From Gammaproteobacteria bacterium (GTDB lineage: Bacteria > Pseudomonadota > Gammaproteobacteria > Pseudomonadales > Azotimanducaceae): a stretch of DNA of 64,000 nucleotides. Made by a program: the position numbers and the translations under genes. Below are positions 47,488-56,589 of this stretch, piece after piece (the stretch's first letter is position 1; each line of letters opens with the position of its first letter). The notes under the pieces are model-generated. The model worked only from the letters and a program-made list of their open reading frames with translations. It had not been told where the DNA came from and did no database searches. The stretch is from contig VXLL01000027.1 in NCBI GenBank assembly GCA_009841615.1, positions 1,223 to 65,222 of the forward strand. Direction: 5' to 3'.

Positions 47488-49083
47488 GTGGTGTATTACG
47501 ACGACCTTGATTGGGACCTTCCTTATCGGTCTCGTCGCGACCCGGTTCTAGCAAGAAACATTGTCGCTACGTCCCAACCGTTAGCTACCCAAGCCGGATT
47601 AGAAACTCTTCGACGGGGAGGGAACGCAATTGATGCTGCGCTTGCCGCAGCAATCACGCTCACGGTGGTTGAACCGAGTTCCAACGGAATTGGAAGCGAC
47701 GCGTTTGCGTTAGTGTGGGACGGAAACCAACTCACTGGACTCAATGCGTCTGGCCGCTCACCTCGTCGATGGCATCGAGAGCATTTCCAACAATATGCGA
47801 CAATGCCGATGAATGGTTGGGATTCGATAACTGTACCAGGTGCTGTGAGTGCTTGGGTTGCGTTATCAGAACGATTTGGCGCGCTACCGTTCCAAGATTT
47901 GTTTCAAACTGCTATCGAGTACGCGGAAAACGGATTTCATGTCGCTCGACGTACCGCGTACCATTGGGGTCGAGCCGCGTTGCACCTACGGCAGTTTGAA
48001 GGATTCTGCGAGCACTTTTTAAAGAATGGTCGAGCACCTCGGGTCGGAGAGTTGTTCTTGAGGCCCGAACTTGCCCAAACGCTTGCGTTAATCGCGGAAA
48101 CGAACGGCGATGCTTTTTATCGCGGGGTCCTTTGTGATCGCATCATACAACAATCAGAGTCCGAGGGTGGTCTACTAGAACGTACTGACTTTGAAGAGCA
48201 CAATCCTACTTGGTGCGATTCACTTGTTCAATCCTACGGTCAGGTCACCGCGCACGAAATTCCACCGAATGGTCAAGGACTGGCCGCGTTACTCGCGCTC
48301 GGGATATTGGAACGATTGCCCACTCGCGATCTTGACCCCCTTTCACCCCTATGGACACATCGTCAATTGGAGACGATGAAAATCGCCATTCGAACGTCGT
48401 TTGAATATTTCGCCGATCCGGATTACATGACAGTGTCTCCATCACAACTGCTTGAAGATTCGGTACTCGATGAACTCGCTGCGCAAATTTCCGATAGTCA
48501 AGTAGCAGTTGTACCAAGCGTACCAAATTTCGGTGGTGATACCGTTTACCTGACAACTGCGGACGCAAAAGGGAAAATGGTGTCTTTCATTCAATCAAAT
48601 TTCCACGGATTTGGTTCTGGAATAGTAATCCGTGGGACTGGAATTGCGATGCAAAACCGCGGTGCAGGTTTTACGCTAGAGTCAAACCACGTCAACGAAG
48701 TAGGACCTGCCAAACGTCCCTTTCACACGATTATTCCCGGATTTGTTACTAGAAATGGAGCACCCGAACTTGCGTTTGGAGTTATGGGTGGGCATATGCA
48801 GCATCAAGGGCATGTGCAGATGATTTCGAGAATTTTCGATCACAAGGAGAATCCGCAAGCGGCATCGGATGCACCACGGTGGTACGTCTCACCAAACTTT
48901 GAGATTTTTCTTGAACAGGGTTATCCGAATTCAACCATGGAAGCACTACGCAAACTTGGTCATAAAGTACAGCTCAGCCACGACATTGATCTCTTCGGTG
49001 GCTCACAACTGATCTTGCGGATTGAAGACGGCTATGTTGGCGCGTCAGATCACCGCAAGGAAGGCTTAGCAGCAGGTTTTTAG
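47488..49083 (+). CDS. Gamma-glutamyltransferase family protein (no signal peptide seen)
   Basis: ATSQPLATQAGLETLRRGGNAIDAALAA, the nucleophile context GGDTVYLTTAD, and GVMGGHMQ. Confidence 0.8.
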   Translation: MVYYDDLDWDLPYRSRRDPVLARNIVATSQPLATQAGLETLRRGGNAIDAALAAAITLTVVEPSSNGIGSDAFALVWDGNQLTGLNASGRSPRRWHREHFQQYATMPMNGWDSITVPGAVSAWVALSERFGALPFQDLFQTAIEYAENGFHVARRTAYHWGRAALHLRQFEGFCEHFLKNGRAPRVGELFLRPELAQTLALIAETNGDAFYRGVLCDRIIQQSESEGGLLERTDFEEHNPTWCDSLVQSYGQVTAHEIPPNGQGLAALLALGILERLPTRDLDPLSPLWTHRQLETMKIAIRTSFEYFADPDYMTVSPSQLLEDSVLDELAAQISDSQVAVVPSVPNFGGDTVYLTTADAKGKMVSFIQSNFHGFGSGIVIRGTGIAMQNRGAGFTLESNHVNEVGPAKRPFHTIIPGFVTRNGAPELAFGVMGGHMQHQGHVQMISRIFDHKENPQAASDAPRWYVSPNFEIFLEQGYPNSTMEALRKLGHKVQLSHDIDLFGGSQLILRIEDGYVGASDHRKEGLAAGF

Positions 49084-49494
49084 TTAGTCTGCGGAGCTTG
49101 TTTTGTCTTCCTCAAGAGACAATGATGCTGAGTTAATGCAGTACCTAAGTCCGGTAGGTTGAGGTCCGTCTTCAAAAACATGTCCCAGATGACCCTTACA
49201 ATGCGCACAATGCACTTCAATACGGGTCGCGAACAACGACCGGTCGATTTGAGTTCCTACAGCATCCTTTTCGATAGGTGCATGAAAACTAGGCCATCCA
49301 GTACCGGAATCGTATTTTGTCGCAGAGGAAAACAAGGGCTTACCACATCCTTTACACACATAGATACCAGCGTCCTTAGTATTCCAATATTCACCAGAGA
49401 ATGCACGTTCAGTATGTTGTTTGCGTAAGACTTTGAACTCTAGGTCCGTAAGTTTCTCTGTCGGTGGATCTTCTTTGTTAGGAGTGTTAGCCAT
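49084..49494 (-). CDS. msrB: Peptide-methionine (R)-S-oxide reductase
   Basis: Two CxxC zinc motifs (CKGCGKPLF, CAHCKGHLGHVF), GTGWPSF, and the catalytic RYCINS. Confidence 0.92.
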   Translation of the reverse strand: MANTPNKEDPPTEKLTDLEFKVLRKQHTERAFSGEYWNTKDAGIYVCKGCGKPLFSSATKYDSGTGWPSFHAPIEKDAVGTQIDRSLFATRIEVHCAHCKGHLGHVFEDGPQPTGLRYCINSASLSLEEDKTSSAD

Positions 49495-49547
49495 ATTTAT
49501 TGGTCATTGGGGTATGACAAGTTGTCCCGAGTGAATCGCAAATTTAC

Positions 49548-49756
49548 GGTAGTGACTCAGTTTGAAATCTGAGCCATTTCGGAGCCAGACACAGATGCCC
49601 AACCCACTCGTTTCATCGAAGACTGCTGAATACTCAATAGCATCTAGTCTGACACCTTCTCCACGATTGACGCAGAAGTACCTCTCCTCCGATGTTTAAC
49701 GTATTTGCAAACATATACAATATTATAGTCATCAATTCAAACTGAGCCACTACCAG
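49548..49756 (+). mobile_element. MITE-like non-autonomous element, copy 2 (alternative reading: structured ncRNA)
   Basis: TIRs are GGTAGTGACTCAGTTTG (49548-49564) and CAAACTGAGCCACTACC (49738-49754), with one mismatch between them. The flanks are ATTTAC (49542-49547) and ATTTCA (49757-49762). It is the reverse complement of copy 1 at 2518-2726. Confidence 0.6.
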
Positions 49757-49792
49757 ATTTCAAAAATATTGAAAGAAGAAACCGAATTACAC

Positions 49793-51070
49793 ATGCAAAA
49801 CTCAGACAAGCATTCTGACGAACAATCACTGCGTAAGCGCCGTGCGAGATCAAGAATTGAAAAAGCGGAGAAACTCCTCGAAGTCCGTTACGAGATTCGC
49901 GGAAAAGTGCTCCAGAAAGCGCGCCGTCTTGAACAGGAGGGACATCGCGTTCTTAAACTCAACATCGGTAATACAGCTCCGTTTGGATTTGAAGCACCGG
50001 AGTCCATTTTACGCGCAGTGATTCACGAATTGCCGCGCTCACAGGGGTACGAAGACGCAAAAGGGATTTTCACGGCACGCAACGCCGTCGTCCACGAGAG
50101 CCAAAGAATCGGTATTCCAAACGTTGATGTCGACGACGTTTATCTAGGAAATGGTGTGAGCGAGTTGATCGTTATGGCGACACAAGCTTTGCTCAATCCG
50201 GGCGACGAGGTACTAGTCCCGGCGCCGGACTATCCACTGTGGACTGCAGCGGTCTTACTGGCGGGTGGTACCCCAGTACATTATCGATGCGATGAGGAGG
50301 CTGATTGGTACCCAGACTTGCAAGACATTCAAGCTAAAACCACTTCCCGCACCAAAGCGATGGTGGTAATTAACCCAAACAATCCCACCGGCGCCGTTTA
50401 CGAACGCAGTTTGTTGTCATCTCTCGCCGAATGGGCGCGACAACACAACATTGTGGTATTTGCCGATGAAATCTACTCCAAGGTTTTGTATGACGACGCA
50501 GAGTACATACCGATGGCATCGATTGACGATGAGGTGCTCACATTAACTTTTAACGGTTTATCCAAGTCATACCATGTGCCAGGCTTTCGGGTGGGCTGGA
50601 TGATTGTTAGCGGCGCTTTAGTGCGGGCACGAAGTTTCATCGACGGGTTGGACACCCTGGCCTCAATGAGATTGTGCCCGAACGTACCGGTGCAACATGC
50701 TGTGCCAGCGGCTTTAGGCGGCTATCAAGCTATTTTTGACGAAACGCGTCCCAGTGGATTGCTTTACGAACAACGTAATGCAGCACATGAATCCCTTACT
50801 TCCATACCGGGAATCTCATGCTTTAAACCAAAGGGTTCGATCTTCCTATTTCCTCGTATCGACACCAAGAAGTACAAGATTTACAACGATGAAAAATTTG
50901 TTTACGACCTACTTATGGACAAGAAAATTCTTGTAGTTCAAGGTAGTGGGTTTAACTATCCTGTACCAGACCATTTCCGTATCGTTTTTTTGTCGAAACG
51001 AGCGGAACTGTTTTCGGCGAGCGAGAGTATAGGGGCGTTTCTTGCAACCTATAGTCAAAACCAAAAGTAG
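49793..51070 (+). CDS. alaA: Glutamate-pyruvate (alanine) aminotransferase, AlaA/YfbQ type
   Basis: Collinear with E. coli AlaA: KLNIGNTAPFGFEAPESIL, YLGNGVSELIV, LVPAPDYPLWTAAV, INPNNPTGAVY, FNGLSKSYHVPGFRVGWM, ASMRLCPNVPVQHA. ATG 49793 is preferred over TTG 49769. Confidence 0.88.
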   Translation: MQNSDKHSDEQSLRKRRARSRIEKAEKLLEVRYEIRGKVLQKARRLEQEGHRVLKLNIGNTAPFGFEAPESILRAVIHELPRSQGYEDAKGIFTARNAVVHESQRIGIPNVDVDDVYLGNGVSELIVMATQALLNPGDEVLVPAPDYPLWTAAVLLAGGTPVHYRCDEEADWYPDLQDIQAKTTSRTKAMVVINPNNPTGAVYERSLLSSLAEWARQHNIVVFADEIYSKVLYDDAEYIPMASIDDEVLTLTFNGLSKSYHVPGFRVGWMIVSGALVRARSFIDGLDTLASMRLCPNVPVQHAVPAALGGYQAIFDETRPSGLLYEQRNAAHESLTSIPGISCFKPKGSIFLFPRIDTKKYKIYNDEKFVYDLLMDKKILVVQGSGFNYPVPDHFRIVFLSKRAELFSASESIGAFLATYSQNQK

Positions 51071-51076
51071 CTACTG

Positions 51077-52168
51077 CTAGTCGTTAGCAAGCGCAACAAT
51101 ATACTCCCCAATCGCTAACGATGATGTCAGTCCAGGCGAGTCAATTCCAATCGCTTCGACGTATCCTGCAATCCCAGTTTCTTTTGGGCCGCGAATCCGA
51201 AAGTCTACGAAGCCGTGACCTTCGGATACTAGCTTGGTTCTTATACCTGTGTATCCAGGTCGTAAAGCGTCTTCAACTAGACTTGGATAGTATCGCTTTA
51301 TAGCTTTTGCAAACAAGTGTTTGCGAGACTCGTCGAAGTCGTAACTGATTTCTTTTATCCACTGTACATCGGGACCAAATTTCACGGTCCCTTGCAAATC
51401 CACCGTTATGTGGATACCTATTGTTTCTGGCGTGGCTACCGGATAGATTAGGTGTTGAAATAAAGGTCGATCTAAGCTGAGGCTAGGATATTCGAAGTAT
51501 TGACCTTTGGCAAAGAACTGATTGTGTTCAATTCCAAGACCTTGTGCTAGCGAGGAAGCAGTTAACCCGGCGCAATTGATTAACAGGTTTGGTTTTAACT
51601 TAAAGTCTGCTACCTCTACACAAAGTTCCTTTGAACCTTTAAAGCTATTCACGAGGGTGTTGAGTACAACGCTACCGCCAAGGGCTTCTAAGTCAGCTTG
51701 CAAACGGTGCAAAAGAGTTGCTGTATCCACCACTCCTGAGCTAGGCGAGAGCAAACCAGCTACGCATCGGACTTGAGGTTCTAAGTGCTGTACTGTCTGT
51801 TTTTTCAGCCAATGTAGGTCATAAACGCCATTTGCTAAAGCTTGATTCTGGTGCTTCTGTAACTGAGGAAGCTCACTCTCGTCCGACGCAACTATGAGCT
51901 TTCCACAACGTTTGTATTCGACATCGTAATCCCGACAAAAGGCATACAACAGTTGTTTTCCTCGAACACAAAGCTGTGCTTTGAGTGAATTCTTCGGATA
52001 GTAAATCCCAGCATGGATCACACCCGAATTTCTACTTGACGTTTCACTGCCAATGGTACTGTTTTGCTCGAGCACGATAACCTCGCGCCCGCTTCTCGCA
52101 AACGCACGACCAGTAGCTAGTCCGATTACACCAGCGCCAACGATGACTACATCAGCGGTTTCTCCCAT
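51077..52168 (-). CDS. FAD-dependent oxidoreductase, L-2-hydroxyglutarate oxidase (LhgO)-like
   Basis: [15 protein letters not shown] dinucleotide fold. [27 protein letters not shown] parallels the LhgO sequence [22 protein letters not shown]. Confidence 0.65.
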   Translation of the reverse strand: [363 protein letters not shown]

Positions 52169-52390
52169 CTAATACAGTGTTTCTTCGTACTTGCTGGAGC
52201 AGTTCAAAGTGGTTTGCGACCAACTGTTGGTGTCGGCAATTCTGTCAGTTTGAGTACGGGAGTACAACGTCGAGTAGTGTTGCTTTTTAGACTACGTCCT
52301 CGCAACTATCTCTCGTGTCCAATGTCTTACATTAACACAAAGTGTTGTACGTTTTTTTCAAGTTTAACGCATCCGATTTAGTACTTCCGC

Positions 52391-52642
52391 TCATGACGTA
52401 TCTTGCACCCCCTTGCGTATAACATATTTATGTTCATTGTTAGCAACTTCCGCGAGTTCCAACGTATGCTTCATGAAGCGACAAAAATTTCTAAAATCTC
52501 TATCCGTACTCGGATCAGTGGCTAGCACGAATAAACGCTCGCCGTGATGCATTGTCCGAACTTTATTCCTGACAATCATGAGAGGTTCTGGACAAACGAG
52601 CCCCCGTGTATCAACGAAGTGTTCGTACTCAGGAGAAGACAT
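52391..52642 (-). CDS. tusA: Sulfurtransferase TusA
   Basis: DTRGLVCPEPLMIVRNKVRTM..GERLFVLATDPSTDRDFRNFCRFMKH...YVIRKG is collinear with E. coli TusA. Met at 52642 is preferred over 52699. Confidence 0.85.
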   Translation of the reverse strand: MSSPEYEHFVDTRGLVCPEPLMIVRNKVRTMHHGERLFVLATDPSTDRDFRNFCRFMKHTLELAEVANNEHKYVIRKGVQDTS

Positions 52643-52819
52643 GCTAATGTATTTGCTAGTGTTGGTGATTTGAATTCGTTGAAGTCTGGTCACGCTCAAA
52701 CTATTGCTGGTCGCGTTGTTGATTATGCTTGTTTGAGATCGGAGTCATCAGATTTCGCATCCCTCGTTGTAGTGTAAATTTAGATAATTGGTTCATCGAA
52801 ATTGAGAGAATTTCAAACT

Positions 52820-54085
52820 ATGAGAATCGGATTGGGTACGCTCGCATTGCTTTGTTCGATTACTTTCTTTAGCAACTCCCATGAAGCTTCTGTGCCTTCG
52901 TTGGGTACGCCGACGTTAGACAACGCTGATGAAGAGATGCTCCTTGAGCCAAGTAAATTGCGTGCGCGCATCGAAGCAGGCGAAGCAGAGGAGGTGTTGA
53001 CACTCGCCACGGAAGTCATCTCAGAAATCGAAGAGAATCGTACAAGGTATGACGAAGCGTTGGTTAAACCACTCATCGTGTTCGGTGACGCGAGCCGAGA
53101 GTTGGGGGAATACATCGACGCGATTGAAGCTTATGAACGTGCCCGACAGATTTCGAGACTAACAAATGGACTAAATTCGATTGAGCAAGTCGAAGCAGTA
53201 CACAGAGAGGCTGAAACCTACTTTGAGCTTGGACACATCGGGGACGCAAACGATAGCTATGAGTACATCTTCTCGATTTACAACCAGCAATTCGAACCGT
53301 TTTCCGTGGACTTGTTGCCAACCATCTTCATGCTTGCAGATTGGTACGTGTTGATTTACAACGTTTTTGCAGCTCGCGGTTTGTATGAATATGCCACCGA
53401 AATTGTGGATCACCATTTAGAACGGACTAGTCCTGAAAACATTCGAGCACTACAGGGACTAGCAGACACCTATCGTCTAGAACGTTTTCGACCTCTAAGT
53501 GCTCTGGGTCAAATCCAAGCCCGCATACCTGTGTTGTATTGGGCGGATGAGACGCCGTTCAGATATTTTGCGAAAGTAAACGACTTTGAAACCGGTGAGG
53601 ATGCTCTAGTCGAGCTCGTCAAAATCGAGCTCGAACGATCTGAGAGCACGCCAGAGTCCGTTGCGCGGGCAAAACTCCAGCTCGCCGATTGGTTTACACT
53701 GTTTGAACAGAACGAGCGCGCAGTGGTCATTTACCAAGACATATTAGCAACGTTTGAGGACACCGAAACAGAGTTTTTTACAAGTGAATTTAGGGAAGCG
53801 GTACCACTATTTCTTCCTTTGTCCACAAGTCCTGATCCCCAACCACTGCGATTGGAGTCTCCTCCCGCGACCGGAGAAGTTGGATTTACGGTTGATGTCG
53901 ACGAAACCGGCCGTGTTATTCAAGTACAATTAGACTTTGCGCAACCGCAAGGCGATTTCGTCGAGGAATTCGAGAAGTCTTTGAAGAATGCGATCTATCG
54001 GCCTCGCTTTGAAGATGGGAAGCCGATGCCGCGTACGAATGTCAAGGTGCATCACAGGTATATCTTCTTTCCCAAAGCTGAATAG
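52820..54085 (+). CDS. Secreted alpha-helical-repeat (TPR-like) protein ending in a TonB_C domain; first gene of the 52.8-64 kb operon
   Basis: Signal peptide MRIGLGTLALLCSITFFSNSHEA. The helical region has TPR-like spacing. The C-terminal TonB_C-like unit is GEVGFTVDVDETGRVIQVQLDFAQP...FEKSLKNAIYRPRFEDGKP. Confidence 0.6.
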   Translation: MRIGLGTLALLCSITFFSNSHEASVPSLGTPTLDNADEEMLLEPSKLRARIEAGEAEEVLTLATEVISEIEENRTRYDEALVKPLIVFGDASRELGEYIDAIEAYERARQISRLTNGLNSIEQVEAVHREAETYFELGHIGDANDSYEYIFSIYNQQFEPFSVDLLPTIFMLADWYVLIYNVFAARGLYEYATEIVDHHLERTSPENIRALQGLADTYRLERFRPLSALGQIQARIPVLYWADETPFRYFAKVNDFETGEDALVELVKIELERSESTPESVARAKLQLADWFTLFEQNERAVVIYQDILATFEDTETEFFTSEFREAVPLFLPLSTSPDPQPLRLESPPATGEVGFTVDVDETGRVIQVQLDFAQPQGDFVEEFEKSLKNAIYRPRFEDGKPMPRTNVKVHHRYIFFPKAE

Positions 54086-54205
54086 GGCGAACGCGAAAGG
54101 CGATTGGACAAAAAAATAAAATATTTACAGTACGTAGAACTTGGAACTTTGTGGAACACGCAATTGTCTACTATGAGGTACCACCAAGAGCGAGGAGGTC
54201 AGAAC

Positions 54206-55345
54206 ATGGACAAACGAATTGACACTCTACTGGAGTATGGAAGCTTAAAGTTCATAAGTTCCTTTTTTCGCCGATTTTTGGAATTCGTTTTAGGGGCTAA
54301 GGTTGTCGTTTTAGTAATCGCTATTTTTGGGCTTAGTGGGTGCATGTCTAGTGTGCCTTCCACTTTTCCTGACATCCAATTACCGTCTCCACAGTCCTCC
54401 ACTGGTAGTCCAACTTCCTCCTCCTCATCGGGACAACCGTCGGGGAACCCGATGCCCCAACCAAATAGTGGTTCGCAATCGTCGTTGCCGACACCATCTT
54501 TACCAACTCCTGGTTCTCCGAGTTCTGGAACCCCCTCGTTACCGAGACCGCCTTCCCCCATGCCTTCGCCAGATTCCTCCGACGGTACTCCATCAACACC
54601 GTCATTGCCGTCGCCCGAAAGTCAGGGCAGCCCCAATTCCGGAGAGTCTAATGATGGAACGACGACACCAGAATCGAGCTCGGGCAACGAAGGACAACAA
54701 GATGGCCAAGACGGAACAATGGGCGATAACATCGAACTACCTCCAGGTGACCTTCAATTTCCTGTGGGCGACCCCAATGGACAACAAGGTGGCGAACAAT
54801 CCAATGATGGTGGCGGAGTGATGATGCCAGAAGATGAAGGTGAGGGAGCTGGAGGTTGGGAAACCAGTAACCAGTTAGAGCCGCAACCCGGCGATTCCGA
54901 AGAAGGAGGTAACACCGACGAAGAGGAAGATGAAAGTGCAGTTGCCAGTGGGTCTGGTGAAGATGCAATGCAAGAAGTTCTCGGGGATCTTGACGGCGAG
55001 ATTATGAATGAACGAAACGCAGCGAACACTAGGGCTAATGATGAGATCGCTGAAGCCGGTTCTTTTGAAACTGAAACTGACGAGCCGGAATCGGGAGTTC
55101 TGGACGGAGATACCGATGGCGGTGATGAGACTGCGGACGAAGAACAACAAGCCGGGACGGGAGCAGGAGAACAAGACGAACCATTACTTCCCGAATCTCG
55201 ACAAGGTGTTGCCGACACACCCGATGCAACAGATAAGAGTGTAGTGGCGCGCCAGCTCAAAGAAGCAGCGTTAGCGGAGGAAGACCCTGAGCTGAAAAAG
55301 AAACTTTGGGAAGAGTATGAAAACTATGTGGACGGATTGAAATGA
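54206..55345 (+). CDS. Lipoprotein with a Pro/Ser-rich linker and a long Asp/Glu/Gly-rich disordered region
   Basis: ATG 54206 is preceded by GAGGAGG. The lipobox is FGLSGC. There is roughly 100 aa of S/P-rich sequence, then roughly 230 aa rich in D/E/G. The stop overlaps the next start (ATGA). Confidence 0.6.
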   Translation: MDKRIDTLLEYGSLKFISSFFRRFLEFVLGAKVVVLVIAIFGLSGCMSSVPSTFPDIQLPSPQSSTGSPTSSSSSGQPSGNPMPQPNSGSQSSLPTPSLPTPGSPSSGTPSLPRPPSPMPSPDSSDGTPSTPSLPSPESQGSPNSGESNDGTTTPESSSGNEGQQDGQDGTMGDNIELPPGDLQFPVGDPNGQQGGEQSNDGGGVMMPEDEGEGAGGWETSNQLEPQPGDSEEGGNTDEEEDESAVASGSGEDAMQEVLGDLDGEIMNERNAANTRANDEIAEAGSFETETDEPESGVLDGDTDGGDETADEEQQAGTGAGEQDEPLLPESRQGVADTPDATDKSVVARQLKEAALAEEDPELKKKLWEEYENYVDGLK

Positions 55346-56589
55346 AATTTCTGCGCATTTCTCTTCTTTCGCTTGTGGTGCTGAGCATGGTCGGGTGCTC
55401 GACAGTCATCAAGCGTCGAGTTGACACAACACCACCGAAACAATCTACTAGAGCCATTCCGGAAGAACAATTGTTGGACGTCGGTATCGTAGTGTTCGAT
55501 TCCAACGTCCCGGAGCTCTACGATGACATTATTGAGGCAAACATTACTCCTGAAGTCCGGCGAGCTGAGGCGAATTGGATCGTCAATTACGCCAAAGAGT
55601 ATCTCCAAGCCACCGGTAATTGGGGTGCCGTGCGCGCGATTCCCAAACCTAGCTTGGCAATCGATGTTCACATTACGGGAGACATTCTACATTCCGACGG
55701 CGAGCTTCAGGTGTTAAAGATCAAAGCTGCTGATTCCCGTGGAGTCGTTTGGTTTGATGACATTTTTGAGACTCGCGCCAGTAAATATTCGTACGATTCA
55801 GACGTGCCCCGTGACATTGATCCCTTTCAGACCAACTATCGAGAACTGTCTGACAGACTGCTCGAGTACCAAGAGTCCTTAACCCCAGAAGAAATTCTTG
55901 AAATTCGAAGTACCACTTTGGTGCGGTACGGCAAAGCAGTAGTTCCAGAAGCATTTGGCGACTATGTCGTAAAAGAAAGAAACGGTCGATTCCGATTGAA
56001 CAGATTGCCGACTCCGGATGATCCAACTATGTCCAACGTTCGACAGTTACTTGAAAGGGAACTTGTCATTATTGACACTTTGGACGAGAGTTTTGATCGG
56101 TTTGCAAACGACATGGACGAACCTTACTGGTTCTGGCGCGAAGGATCTTATCCGTTAGCGATTGCCTTTCGTGAGGAGCGTCAGCGTTCAAAAACTCGTA
56201 TAGCTTCTGGGATTATTCTCGCGATCGTCGGCGCTTACTTTCAACGACAAACCGGTGGGTTTCGAGAGATTGGCGGTTACACGGCTGTTATCGGTGGCGG
56301 GACAGAAATTCTCGGAGGCGTTGGAGACCGTGCTAATGCAAAAAATCATCAAGAAATGTTGCACGAAATCGGTGTAAGCGCGTCGCAACAGATTGGTCCA
56401 ATAACAATTGAGCTAGAAAATGCGACGATTTCGTTACAAGGAACGTTTGAAGAGCAGTACCAAAAAGCCATTGAGTACATTCGCGAGACTTACCAGAAAG
56501 AGCTAGGCAACATCCTAGACCCCGATAGTTCTACGGATGAATCAACTGGAGACGAAACCACTGACGAATTCATCCAGGACCCCGAATGA
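55342..56589 (+). CDS. Predicted lipoprotein, function unknown
   Basis: N-terminus MKFLRISLLSLVVLSMVGCS has a lipobox-like motif. 415 aa, with a Gly-rich hydrophobic segment near residue 300 (IASGIILAIVGAYF...GGYTAVIGGGTEILGGVG). It is translationally coupled to its neighbours. Confidence 0.6.
   Translation: MKFLRISLLSLVVLSMVGCSTVIKRRVDTTPPKQSTRAIPEEQLLDVGIVVFDSNVPELYDDIIEANITPEVRRAEANWIVNYAKEYLQATGNWGAVRAIPKPSLAIDVHITGDILHSDGELQVLKIKAADSRGVVWFDDIFETRASKYSYDSDVPRDIDPFQTNYRELSDRLLEYQESLTPEEILEIRSTTLVRYGKAVVPEAFGDYVVKERNGRFRLNRLPTPDDPTMSNVRQLLERELVIIDTLDESFDRFANDMDEPYWFWREGSYPLAIAFREERQRSKTRIASGIILAIVGAYFQRQTGGFREIGGYTAVIGGGTEILGGVGDRANAKNHQEMLHEIGVSASQQIGPITIELENATISLQGTFEEQYQKAIEYIRETYQKELGNILDPDSSTDESTGDETTDEFIQDPE

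Noticed and set aside
52335-52365. Short hairpin AACAC-AAA-GTGTT followed by GTACGTTTTTTT on the plus strand.
   Set aside because: The stem is only 5 bp and there is no upstream plus-strand gene to terminate. It is wrongly oriented for the minus-strand tusA.
54199-55260. Cluster of long ORFs (85-168 aa) in other frames or antisense within gene B (for example 54327-54821, 54754-55260).
   Set aside because: These are artefacts of the low-complexity, stop-poor repetitive coding sequence. The frame chosen for B has an SD sequence, a lipobox and translational coupling to the next gene.
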